Source: Alloascoidea hylecoeti (Eukaryota). From it: a stretch of DNA of 64,000 nt. The position numbers and the translations under genes were made by a program. The DNA is taken from positions 1 to 64,000 of the forward strand of contig BCKZ01000036.1 of NCBI GenBank assembly GCA_001600815.1. The letters are read 5' to 3'. The notes below the pieces were generated by a model, which saw only the letters and a program-made list of their open reading frames with translations, had not been told where the DNA came from and searched no databases. Of this stretch, positions 45,370 to 57,742 are shown one piece after another; the first letter of the stretch is position 1; each line of letters starts with the position of its first letter.

Positions 45370-46635
45370 TTAATATTTATTCTTTTTAACCAATTTATCT
45401 AATTCTTTTGCATCTATTAATTTTTTAAAATTAGAACCACCATTTGATTGTAAAACTAAAGTAATTGGACCTTTAACTCTATAAAAAATATCATTTCCAT
45501 AAATTAGTTGACGAAATATTATTTTAAAAGAATTTAAAAATTTAAAAGTAAAATTTAAAATTAGTTGATATAAAGAATTTGATAATTTTGATAATTTTTT
45601 TTGTACATAAGTTTGATTATTTATTTCATTAATTTGTTGTTCATTTGATTTGTTAGTAATCTGTTGATTTTGATTTTGTATTTGTTTTTGAATTTGAATC
45701 ATCGGGTTTGAACTTGAAGTTATGTTTGAACTTGAAGTTGGACTTGAACTTGAAGTTGGGCTTGAAATTGATGAATCATTTTTCTTTTCACCTTTAATCC
45801 AAATCTGAACTTTTGGTATTAAATCAATATAAAATTGATTTAATTTATCTTTAATATTATTTAATAAATTATAATTTGGAATTTTTAAATCAAAAATTGG
45901 ATGTTTTAATCTATAAAAAGTTGAAACATTATTATTTAAAGAATGTGCTAATAAATTAGATGGATTAATAATTAATTCTTCATTTTCATTTAAATCAATT
46001 AAAAATAATTGACCATTACCAATTAATGCAACTTCACCTTTACCAGAAATTAAGACGTTACCATAATTTTTAATTGATTCTTTTGGTCCACCAGTAGTAT
46101 CGTTTTTATTTAGTTTAAACGATAAAGCCGATAATTGAGATTTTAAGGATAAACTGTAAGGAGAAACGGAAATTGATTCACCTGACCATGCCAATAGGCC
46201 GTTTCTTTGGGTGATTAACCACTTTTGAGCATCAGATAAAGAAATTGTAGCGTAAGTAACCAATTTATTACCGGACGGAGGAGATATGAACAAAGAAATG
46301 GGATCTTTGGCTGTTGAAGTTATTTTTTGGAATAAAATTGGATCCACAGTTGCAATTGAAGATTGAGAATAATCCAGTTCTGAGGAAAGATCATTTATTT
46401 GACCGCTTGCAGCGAGGATCGAACCTCTACGGGAGTAAAGCGTGGATTGTGGAGGTAGAGAGACACTGAGGAGCGACGCGGGAGTCCCTAAAACCTCGAA
46501 CCTCGGCTCCGTGCTTCCGATGGCCCGGGAGGATCCGAGGTCCTGCGGGGGCTCTGCTGTTTTGAGGGTTCTGGCGAGGTTGAGGGAGAGGGTCCGGGAG
46601 GGTCTGCACCCGAGGATCCGGGGTCTGGGGAACAT
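45370..46635 (-). CDS. AIM24: Mitochondrial Aim24 protein
   Basis: Presequence; PRFEVLGTPASLLSVSLPPQSTLYSRRG; GKGEVALIGNGQ; FYRVKGPITLVLQS. Confidence 0.88.
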   Translation of the reverse strand: MFPRPRILGCRPSRTLSLNLARTLKTAEPPQDLGSSRAIGSTEPRFEVLGTPASLLSVSLPPQSTLYSRRGSILAASGQINDLSSELDYSQSSIATVDPILFQKITSTAKDPISLFISPPSGNKLVTYATISLSDAQKWLITQRNGLLAWSGESISVSPYSLSLKSQLSALSFKLNKNDTTGGPKESIKNYGNVLISGKGEVALIGNGQLFLIDLNENEELIINPSNLLAHSLNNNVSTFYRLKHPIFDLKIPNYNLLNNIKDKLNQFYIDLIPKVQIWIKGEKKNDSSISSPTSSSSPTSSSNITSSSNPMIQIQKQIQNQNQQITNKSNEQQINEINNQTYVQKKLSKLSNSLYQLILNFTFKFLNSFKIIFRQLIYGNDIFYRVKGPITLVLQSNGGSNFKKLIDAKELDKLVKKNKY

Positions 46636-46812
46636 GCTTTATAGATGTTTGAGGATTGGCGGTTTGCTGAAGTTACGGTATATGGAGGGTGTCTGGATGT
46701 TGGTGGTTTGAGGTCATAAATTATAATATAATCATTTTATATTTAAATAAACCATCTTGAAAGTGTCGTGAAACCATCTTGGACTGGCAATTGAAACGGA
46801 AAACAGCAATCG

Positions 46813-48804
46813 ATGCAATCTGAAAAGCCCGAAAAGTCTGAAAAGTCTGAAAAGTCTGAAAAGTCGAACAGACCCGATAAGCCTGACAAATCTGACTTAC
46901 GGTTCGCTAAAATTAGCAATAGTACTAGTCAAAACTTTACTTTCAACCCGGTATTAAGTGACATTTCTTTGGCTTCAACTAAATCTATAAAATCTCAATC
47001 TAATTTCCATACTTGCCACCATTCTCCAAGGAGTCTAAGAAGAAGATCCATTTCTGTTTCTTCTGAATTTACAAGACCACAATATTTGAGATCTGTTTCA
47101 ACCTCAAAACCATCCCATGCAACTAAAGATTTCTCAAGCCTCTTTTTAGCTCAAGAATTATCTACTTCCTCACCATCTGCATCTTCTTCTGAAAACACCA
47201 ATATTAATCAGAATAGTATATGGTGTGCTAAATTTAGTCTTGATGGCAAATATCTAGCTGTGGCTGGGAAAGATGCTCTTATTCGAGTATATAAAGTAAT
47301 TACAACTGCGGAAGAACGTTCAAAAGAAGAATCAATTTTTAGATCTTCAGCAACTTCAATTTCAATTCAACAAAATAATCATTCTTCAAAAATCCCATTC
47401 TATGCTCCAGTTTTCATAAATGATCCTATTAGAATATTTAAAGGTCATACTTCAGATATTTTAAATTTATCTTGGAGTAAAAATAATTTCTTATTATCTT
47501 CTTCACAAGATAAAACTGCAAGATTATGGCATTTACATAGATCCACTTCAATCTTTGCTTTTCCTCATAATGATTTTGTTACTTCTGCTTGTTTCCATCC
47601 AACTGATGATCGGTTTTTCATATCAAGTTCTTTAGATGGTATATTGAGATTGTGGAATATACCTGATAAAAAAATCATTTATCAACGTGATAATAAAGAA
47701 TTAACAACATCTGCTGTTTTCTCATTAGATGGTAAATTAATCTTTACTGGAAGTTTTACAGGTCGTGTTCGAGTATTTGAAATAAATCATTTAAAATTAA
47801 AACTTCAATTTTTTTCAAAATCATCAAAGGGTAAAAATTCAAAAGGTTCAAAAATAACTTCAATTATACCAATAAATGGTCATTCAATGATAAATTTAAA
47901 AGATTCAACAATTTTAATGGAAAAATTACCTGATTATAAATTTTATAAAAATTTTTTAAATAATAATAAAAATTTTGAAAAAATTAAGAAAAATGAATCA
48001 AATTCTTGGATTTTAATAACAACGAATGATTCAAGAATCAGATTATATAATGTTTTGGATAGAACTTTTGAAGTTAAATATAAAGGTTTAATTAATAATT
48101 CAAATCAAATTGGTGCTTCAATTTCTCATGATTTTAAATATATTATAAGTGGTAGTGAAGATAATAAAACTTATATTTGGAAAACTGTACCAAATGTTAA
48201 AAAAAATGAAATTAAATTACCAAAATTTATTGTTGATGATTTTGAATCTTTTCAATCAAATTCTGATATTACGACTGTTAGTTGTTTTGCTCCTAAATTA
48301 ACACAAGAATTATTATTACAAACAAATGATCCAATATATAATTATACTTTATCTTCATTTTCACCTTCAACTTCATCACCTACAACTCCATCAACTAATT
48401 CAACCTTTGATATCCCTCAATCTCAATCTCAATCTCAATCTAATCTTCAAAATCCATCATCAATTAATGATGATTCAATTTTTAATTCAGGTAGAATTAT
48501 CATAACAACAGATTTAAAAGGTAAAATCCGTATATTTAGACAAGATTGTGATTTTAAAAGAAGAAATATAAAAGAATTAATTAGATTGAAGACTTTTTCA
48601 AAATTAAATAAAAATTCAAATAATAAAACAATAAATTCACTTATGACAAGAGCTCATTCTTCTGATGTTGTTAAATTAATTGCAAGTGGTACAAATGTAA
48701 ATACAACTACAACTTCAAATTCAAGTTCAAATGGAACAGATAATGTAAGAAGACAAAGTTTAAGGATAACAAGGAATGAAATTGCTGAAATGTCTTATAT
48801 ATAA
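46813..48804 (+). CDS. WD40-repeat protein, WDR44/Dgr2/YMR102C-like
   Basis: IWCAKFSLDGKYLA, GHTSDILNLSWSKNNFLLSSSQDKTARLW, FHPTDDRFF, LITTNDSRIRLY. Confidence 0.88.
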   Translation: MQSEKPEKSEKSEKSEKSNRPDKPDKSDLRFAKISNSTSQNFTFNPVLSDISLASTKSIKSQSNFHTCHHSPRSLRRRSISVSSEFTRPQYLRSVSTSKPSHATKDFSSLFLAQELSTSSPSASSSENTNINQNSIWCAKFSLDGKYLAVAGKDALIRVYKVITTAEERSKEESIFRSSATSISIQQNNHSSKIPFYAPVFINDPIRIFKGHTSDILNLSWSKNNFLLSSSQDKTARLWHLHRSTSIFAFPHNDFVTSACFHPTDDRFFISSSLDGILRLWNIPDKKIIYQRDNKELTTSAVFSLDGKLIFTGSFTGRVRVFEINHLKLKLQFFSKSSKGKNSKGSKITSIIPINGHSMINLKDSTILMEKLPDYKFYKNFLNNNKNFEKIKKNESNSWILITTNDSRIRLYNVLDRTFEVKYKGLINNSNQIGASISHDFKYIISGSEDNKTYIWKTVPNVKKNEIKLPKFIVDDFESFQSNSDITTVSCFAPKLTQELLLQTNDPIYNYTLSSFSPSTSSPTTPSTNSTFDIPQSQSQSQSNLQNPSSINDDSIFNSGRIIITTDLKGKIRIFRQDCDFKRRNIKELIRLKTFSKLNKNSNNKTINSLMTRAHSSDVVKLIASGTNVNTTTTSNSSSNGTDNVRRQSLRITRNEIAEMSYI

Positions 48805-49735
48805 GATTTAAATTTTACTTTAATTTTAGTGACGATGATGATGATTCCGTACTATATTTCGTTTATGTCTTAAATATGACAGTTATTTATAGTTTTATGC
48901 TACTAGAATAGATATTTATATATTGTAAAAAAATCATCAATTGGTGTACATGGTACTATATGCTAGTGTAGAAATAAAAAAATTAAAAATCAAAGAGTAG
49001 AAAATAAGACCTCTATCAATTGCAATTGCCAATTGCAACAATAGAAATGCATGTTTGTATAGTTTTTCCTCTCTGACTTCGCCATATTTATAAGCATATT
49101 TACGTCATATTTCGTACCACAAAGTTCATCGTATTGTTGTATGTTGTTTGTTGTATGCTTTAAAATTTCTTTTGTGCCAAAATTCAGCAAAAATATGGCT
49201 AAAATTTAGCCACAAAGTAGAGTGAGAGATTAGTTCTTATGATGACATATGTATGTTGTTACTCTCTTTCAATACATTACGCAATTTGGATCACTTTATA
49301 TTTCGGCATTTCGTTTTCGAAAGTTACTTTTTCTGTCTAACAATAGTAACAACCATTTCGTTATTTCATTTTGAATATAAGAGAAGATCTAGGGGCGCCT
49401 AAGTCTTTTGCAATCTTTACGGGTTACATTAGGGTTCAGTTGTGCTTGAATAGTATCATTATCTAATCTCATAGATTGATTTTCATTTTCCCGGTTTGGG
49501 CTAAGGTTCTTTTGGGCATGGTTAAAGATATTACGTTCTAGGAGGCATTTGTTAGAGGTTAATAACATACACCACTATAGTATTTTACGAACGTTACATG
49601 ATTCTAAATTAAATCGAAGAATATAAAATTTAAAAAACATTAATGATTATTGAATAAAAATTGTGTTATGACAGTTAAACTTCATATATGCATTTATAAG
49701 TTGTTGTTTTTTTAATTAGTAATATCATAAGGATG

Positions 49736-52700
49736 TTATTTCTTATTCACGACATCATACGTCATTGCTAGCATATCGCCCAATAAACTTACCATTTTAC
49801 CAAGAGGAGTAGTAGGAGCTTGGGTCAATTCCTTGAATAAAGGAATATCTAGATTATACTTTTTGGGTATTCTCAAAAATTCTTGGATATATTCACCACG
49901 TTTCGAGGGATCGTAAGTAGGTGCCATCATAATTGAACCAATCAATTCCTGGCATGATTGCATTATTTCTGGATTCACTGAATTCTCGCAAATATATCGA
50001 ATTCTTGGTTCATAGAGTGAATAGCTCATAAATCTCGCTTGTTCACTATACTCTGAATCACCTTCGGGAATATTTACCCTAACACCTTTATGAAAAATAT
50101 AATCATCAATTTTCGGCTCTCTTAATATATAAGCCAACAAATAAGTTGTAATTTTTGATTGATCTGTTTCGCTTTGAAAATATTGTATCAATATTTTAGG
50201 AATATGAATATTACTGCCAACATCGACCATTTCTAATGAGTTAATGCCAAGACAAGATAAAAACTTCCTACACTCCCGGGTTGATCTCGAGAAACCAATA
50301 AGAAAAGATGCGTAAGCCATAGGATATAATCTGGCTTTGCTAGTAAGCGAATGTGCTCCATGCTTTGCAATATAAATCCTATCACTCTTGATTCGAATAT
50401 CCAAAAATTCTTTCAAGATATTTAATGTATGATAGCGAGTCGCTGGGGTATATACACCCCTAGACAGAACTGCCACTACATAATTATCAAACATTTCAGG
50501 TGTATATTTTATATTAACTTGGGCATCATATTCATCGATAAAAGATCCAAGGATGTTTCTAGCTCGGGAGAGAACACCAATTAAATTTCCATCGAAAAAA
50601 TCAATCTTATCAAGTCTCTTTAAACAATTAATTGCTAAAGTAGTACACGCAGTAAAGAATCCAATTGTAGGAAATTGACTACAAGCAAGCGATGTCCAGA
50701 ATAATAATGGTATATAATGAGATGTAGGTGGTAACTTACTAACGATATTTGCAATGCAAAAAACAATGCAATTATTCAAATCTAGTGCACGAGCATCATT
50801 AAGCTTTGCAATTTGAGTTGCTGTAATTAATAACTTGTAAATTTTGTTCAATGAGTCTGAAGCATCTTCTTCCTCAATCAATATACCTAGAACAGTAATA
50901 GCCCTTGCTCTTACAATAGAACCCTTCTTGAATGAAGCATCTATCATCAGGTCTTTCCAGTCTGATCTTAATTTGTCCGGATTTATATTACTGTTGTTGT
51001 TCCCTATAATACTGAATACATTGATAATACTTTCTGCCATTTCTGTAATCTTGGCTATTAATCTTGAATCATGCAATCCGTTTCCATCTTCATCTGTATC
51101 TAAACCAAATAAAAGTCTCGCACGTTTACCGGTAAATTTTTCGAGGATAAGATTCAACCGATTTCTGTCTTGGATAGAAAGTTTGTTAAGCTTTGTGAAA
51201 CTATGAATAGTATTAATAGTTAGGCTATGAACAGCCGTTTTCATTTCTTGAGGTCCCATATTTAGAAAACAGGAAACAATGAAACTAAGATCCGGTAAAA
51301 ACTTCAAACACAACTCTGATGAGTCAAAAAACAGAGAAATACAAGCCTTTATCAAAACTGTTACCTCATTATAACTAATGGAAGAATATACAAATTCTTC
51401 GGCCTCATTACATGATTCCAATGAGATGCTTGTTAGATTGATGATTTTATTGACCACTAACTGGCAAGCTTCAATTGTTGGGTTTATTGAAATTAAAGAG
51501 AGAATTCCTTCACAATCCTCACCAACAGTCTGCGAATCAATTGCAGCATCAATGATAACATCAATCAAAAGAGGTAATAACTCTTTCTCCTCAAATAAAG
51601 TTTTCCAAATATTAATATGAAAGCTACTAGTAAGATCATCAGATTTTTTAGTTATCTTGAGAAGTGCCTTTATCATATTTTTTGCTCTTCTTACTCCTTT
51701 CCTACTATCATCTTCGTCGGTATAAACATATTTGTAAGTATTCTTTATACAGGGGGAAAGAATATATACCCCAATATCTCTTGTTTTAGGATCAGAACTG
51801 TTTAAACCTTCAATAAATGTTGTGATGAAAATATATGCCCAATCTGGAAATTGTCTAGCTACCGTGTGAGCAAATAATATAAGGAGCTTAGTGTCAAATT
51901 TGGGATAATATATACCATCTCTCGGCAATCCAATCTCAACTTCTACACCAAACATTTTTGTCAAAATAGATATAATTTTATAAGACCCATTTCGTACATG
52001 ACTATCATCCGAGGTTAGTCCAATAAGTCCAATAGTTAGAACTATGCTGATTACATCTTTAATAGAATGCACTGTTTGGTCGGCAAAAGAAGCAGATGAT
52101 GAGTGCTCGCTGAATCTTGCTATCATTGTAGTAATATCCCTTATAATTTCACCTCTCTGAGGACTTGAAAAAGTTTGTGATGGTCGATCTTCAAGATTTA
52201 TCGCAAATTTATCAGTTCCCTGTGTATTAGAAAACATAGTAACTCCTTTCAAATCTCGAGCATGATAAACATCAACAAGCCTGAGGTATACCTTTCGTCC
52301 ACCAACTTCTACTCCAACAGTATCAACTTTGCAAATTTGAACAAACTCTTCCCCAACTTTAATTTCAACTTCAAAAGCATCCCTTATTTGCTTGTCATAT
52401 TGAAACACATTTGAATACTTGGTTTTAGGATCATTAATGACTGATCTGGTTTTCTTGGACATTCCGTAAGGAGATATCGGCAGATCATCATTAAAGGTAC
52501 ATATGAAGTGATATGGGACATAATACGGATTAAAGACCCGTCCTTGTCCAAATGTCGTCGTGATTTGTTTCAAATATGGCAAGAAACAAGTTGAGCAATT
52601 TACATAATAAATTTCAACACAATTTTCAGACGCAAATTTAGGAGTAAGAGCACCAAGATTATTTAGGATACTTGGATCAATATAATTCCCTTCGTCAAAA

Positions 52701-55700
52701 CCCGTTGCATCAACAAACATAGAATACTTCTCATTCCATATATTGCTTAATACTTGAAACAGCTTATAAGTAACCATATCAGGATCTGTAACTGTAGATT
52801 TATCAAGCAGTCCCATCGATAGTATAATAAATGGTAAACCCTTTTCTGATACCCCTTCTTTTATCATTCTCTTCTCAAGAATTGGACCAAAATCCTTGGC
52901 TGAGTTTTTGAGCATGAATTTATATAAAAGCTTCCCATGTTTTGTATTGTCACTTGTTATTTGTTGCGGTACAGCATATCCTATATTTTGTCTTGGTTGG
53001 CCAGCGGCTTCAACTAACTCATCTAGTCTCGCGATTGCGATCATATCAATATCTGAGTTACTCATAATTGATCCAGAGGTAGGGTACAAAGATTCCATAT
53101 CATTTCTTTTAGGTCTACCTTCAAGCTGCCCATCATCCAGAATACTAGACCTAGCATTCTTACTAATAGCATCCAAATGGTTAAATAAAAACTCATGGAT
53201 GAATAAAGTTTCTTCTTTCGTAATATCAACAGGAGAATCATCCTCTTCATCTAAATCATCATCACCCTCTTCCATCAATGAGCCAACATCAAATATATCA
53301 TCGTTGGTAAAATGTCTTTCTTTTGGTAGGACAGCGGCATCTTTCAAAAATTTGGTGATTCTGTCATTAACTTCTTTTAAATCAGTCATTTTTTCATATA
53401 ACAGTGGCATTTTCAATGAGAAAAGTGATCCATTGGCCATATTTTGAATTACTTTAGCCACCAAAAGGAAAGATCTACGAGCATCTCTCCCTAACTGACC
53501 ATTTATTACATTGTTGGCTTCTGGCGCTACAATGGCAGGACAAAAAAATCTTAAAAATAAAAATGATCCCACTGATGTGGCTGCAGCCTCCGGAAAGTTT
53601 TGGATAGTAGCTGTTCGAATAGTGTAACAAATCTCTCTAAACTCTGATGGCATCTTATTCAGAGAGTTGATGAATATTCTTGAAAACGTTAACAAGCATT
53701 TCATAAATCTCTCAATATTCTCATTTGCCGTATCTAGCCCAATCTTATCTATATTTAGTTCGAATACATGCTTAGAAGGATCATCTAAAAACAACTGGAA
53801 AACAGGTGCTAAAGTATCGGAGAGGAAATCAGCACCGAATTCTTTGGAATAAAGTGATAGCATTCTTGAGGCAACACTGTTTCTTCTAAGAAGTTCTACA
53901 ACTTTCGTTGTTTTTTGGATTTCTCTTGTAACTGCTGCTTTTAAAAGTGATAAACCAGTTCCATTGGTTGCGTAGAGGTTTAATAAAGAAGAAGCAAGAT
54001 TATCTACTTCTCCTGCTGGACAAGAATCACAAAGTAATACTGCTATCGACAGATTTGATCTGATATATTTGAGAAGCGAATTTAGTTTCTCGTCCTGATC
54101 TTCATCGATTCCTCCATTCATACCTTCCTGTAAGATATCAGCCAACACATGAACGAAGGCGCCTCTTACTTTATTAGATTTATGATATCCAAGTGGAACT
54201 GCAAACTTCAAGCCGACATCAGAGTTGACTTTTAAAACATTTGATAAAGCTGTTATCACATATTTAGAAATATTTTGGGATCTTAGAGAGATTGAATTTA
54301 AAGACACTTCAGACGGATTGGAGCTATTTGTACTTCCAATAACGCTTTTTGAACTATTTCTGTTTAAAGTAGCGTCCAAGCAACTATATTTCTCGAGGGC
54401 TCTAACCCCGATGGAAAAGATACCACCACATTTTGTTGATTTTGCTAGAAGGTAGTCTTCTTCCGAACTTGAATTAGGGACATTTATTACCATACCTTTT
54501 GTGATACAAGCTAGGGTCTTAGATGACTCAAAAACCAAATCACTATTAACATGATCTAGTTCTCTTTGCGATTGTGCATTATCTGGTAAATTCAAACTAC
54601 TGTTGTTGCTCTCATTATCTTTGAATGCTGATTTCTCAAACCATTTCAATATCTGACAGGCCCATTGGTCATACATCTTCCCAGAGAATCTACCATAAAG
54701 TATTTGGTCGTTTGATTTCAAGTCACCAACAAGTTGAGTACATTTTATTCTCATTTTCAAAATTTCTAACCCATCACCCATTTGATCAATACAATCCATG
54801 ATTCTTATTAGTCCATTGGCTACTTCTAACCCCAGTGTGCTTCTATCCTCGATAGATTTAGAAATTGAGCCTTTTATAAGCGCAATATAAGTATCAGATA
54901 ACTTCAATATTCTCTCTTTCTCTCTAGTAGCAATAACCTTTTTAATTAAGTTATCAAGCGAATCAAATATCCAATGATTTGCATATCTGCTAAACTCTCT
55001 TGATAAAACCTCTCTGCAAGCATCACAGACAAGATAATTTGGTGATTCCAAGCAAGAGACAATTTCCCGAACAGACTCCTCAATTATTGGAGCAATATGA
55101 GATGCTCTTACATTCGTCTCGAGATCTGTTGCTAAAATACACCCCGAAAGACTTGCTAACATTCCACTATAATTTCTTTTTTCGCTGACAAAAGTAGATA
55201 AAAATTTGTCTGAACCTGCATCCTCAAACAATCTATTATGGATTATTTCCCATGCATTCATGATACCATCACTAGCTATTGTAAATCGCCCAACTAACTT
55301 TCTAATTCTCTTCTGTAAGGCAACATTACCGGTAATCACATATGAGTTCAGGTTGAATTCTTCATATTGACTTCTATTGTAGAGAAAGGGACTTGAGAGA
55401 ACGTTATCAGTTAAATTGCCTAGCTCTAAACTATCATCTAGGGCTGCTGTGATTGCTGATGCCGTCAGTTTATAAATTTCAACATCTGGAGAACACAAGG
55501 AAATGAGCAAGGCAGTTTCAACTTTAGTATATGTATCCATTCTTAGATTTTCAGGTTCAAATTTATTCACTACTCCGCCACATGCTTCTTTAAGATCAAA
55601 CATTTTTGCAAGCATTGCCTTTCCTTTCAGAACATTTCTGATAAGTCTTAGGAATCTTTCCATACGTGAGTCACACATATCAATTTCGATTATCTTTTCT

Positions 55701-57742
55701 GCTAGAGCATTTAGAGTATAACATCCCGCTAAATACATTGCAACAGCTGGATGATTACCTTGGGGGTCTACCCTTTTGTCAAGTGTTTTTAGCATTTGCT
55801 CGTCAAGGAATGATAATAAAAACCTCGTGGCCGAAGTTGACAGTTCATGGTCAAAATCAATGAGACAAGGAATTATGGGTTCCATAAGGGATCCCATCAT
55901 AGGCGTCAAGTCCCCTTCTTTGAATCCAGTGAAATATGAGAATGGATTTGGAATGTAGCACTGAAAGATATTTGAAAGAATTGGAACACTTACTACCTCT
56001 GAATTGGATGTTGATGAGGATTTCCTAGATGACCCCGCACTACTATTACTTGCTCTTGCTTTTAGAAGTAAACGGGATTGTCTTGTAATAATATTCCTCA
56101 TGGATCCAGTGAATCTGTTAATAAGGGACTGATACACTGAAAAGTTTGAATTAACTGCTCCAAGTGCCCTCAAAGCAGTTGTCATGTAACAGATGAGTGT
56201 TGGTTCCAAATCTGGTCTGTTTAATTGTGTATCTAACTCCTTAATAACATAATTAATATCGATAAGACTGTATGCAATAAAATATTCACAGTAAATATGA
56301 ATAAGAGACACTGATATTTCGTTGCCATAAGTGGCATAGAAATTTTTCACTAAAGAGTCATGGCAATTTATAGTATATTGGAGAATCGGGCTTTCAGCAT
56401 CAAAGTCCTTGAGTACCTGTCCGACACTGACAATTATACTAAGAGAATCGTAAGGTCCATCCAAAATTTGCTTTGCAGATAAGATTGAATTGATATAGTT
56501 CATAAATTTTAGCTTCTTGGAATCTTTATTTAATCTTCTTGCACCCGGAGTTTGGAAAGTTTTAAAAATGTCGGGGAAAAAACAGAGTAAAACAGACAAA
56601 AATCTTACAGATCCGTCTGTGTATTTTACATTTTCTGTTGTTGAATAAATGTAATCAAATAGATCACAAGCCGCTAACTGAAGTTGAGATTCTTCCAAGC
56701 CGGCTTCGTAAACTTCTTTTGGTCGAGCGAAAATCCAATAACTCAAACTAATTGAAAAAAAATGTAGTAGTAGAGATTGCTGTAATGGATTTCTTAGAGC
56801 AGTACAGCATTGTCGTACATCTTTAAAAATCTCTGCGATTGCGGTTTGATCTAAATAAAGGACGCTTAAAATATCGATATTGGGGATGATTTCGCTTTCT
56901 TCGATTGGTCGTGTTTTGATAAAATCCAGTATTGATCTTACAGTTTTAGAAGAGACTGACCAGTTCGAAGCTGATAAATAACGGCATACGTTAGTGCAAT
57001 ATTCATCAATTTCATCAATGAGACTTTTGAATTGGTGGACTGCAATATTGTCTTTCGCTTGAACGTTACCATTAGACAAAACCACAATAGCATCTACTAC
57101 AGCTGATTCAGAGCGAATATTTAGAAGCTGTTTCATTAAGGATTGTGTGACGGCATTACTGGGTTTTTGTGGAGTCACCGTGTGATATTTTAAAAAAGGC
57201 TTGATATACCCTGATTCCCCATAGGTGACGGGTACCCTTCCCTTTCTAACCGGTTTTGGCTCACAAAAGTCCCAATGTTCTTCTGTACACTCTGAAAGTA
57301 ATTTAGTAACAACAATTACTGATCGTAAGGAATATATATTTCTTTTCGTTAACGGAACATTTCTGTCTCTCTGTTTCGGAATAAGGTTATTAGAGTTTGG
57401 TGAATTTTAACTGAAAAATGGAAAATGCTTACCTTCGAAATTTGTCCCAACAGAACATCAAAACTGTATAAAATTTCTGAGATTAAAGAAGATTTCGCTA
57501 GTTTTAGAAGCGTTTTCCTGGTCGATACAAAAATCTTTTCTTGTTCAGTATTTTCGACTGTATTTCCAGTTTCATATGGTAGCTTTTTTTAATTAGTAAT
57601 TGAAATTGTAGGTTTTTAATGTTGACCATTTGGCAGATCTCTACATTTAAAGGTAATGTAATCAAGGTCTGATACATACCAGTTTAGACAACCTAGAAAC
57701 CATAACAGGAATCAGGTCCTTGGCCCTTATATCATTATCCAT
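49736..57742 (-). CDS. IRA1/IRA2: Neurofibromin-like Ras GAP (exons 57742-57680, 57582-57433, 57370-49736)
   Basis: ELLRRNS, FLFLRFFCPAIVAP, AKVIQNMAN. Two upstream exons (MDND...SKL|LPYETG...) are joined in phase 0 by GTATGT..AAG and GTAAGC..CAG introns. Confidence 0.92.
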
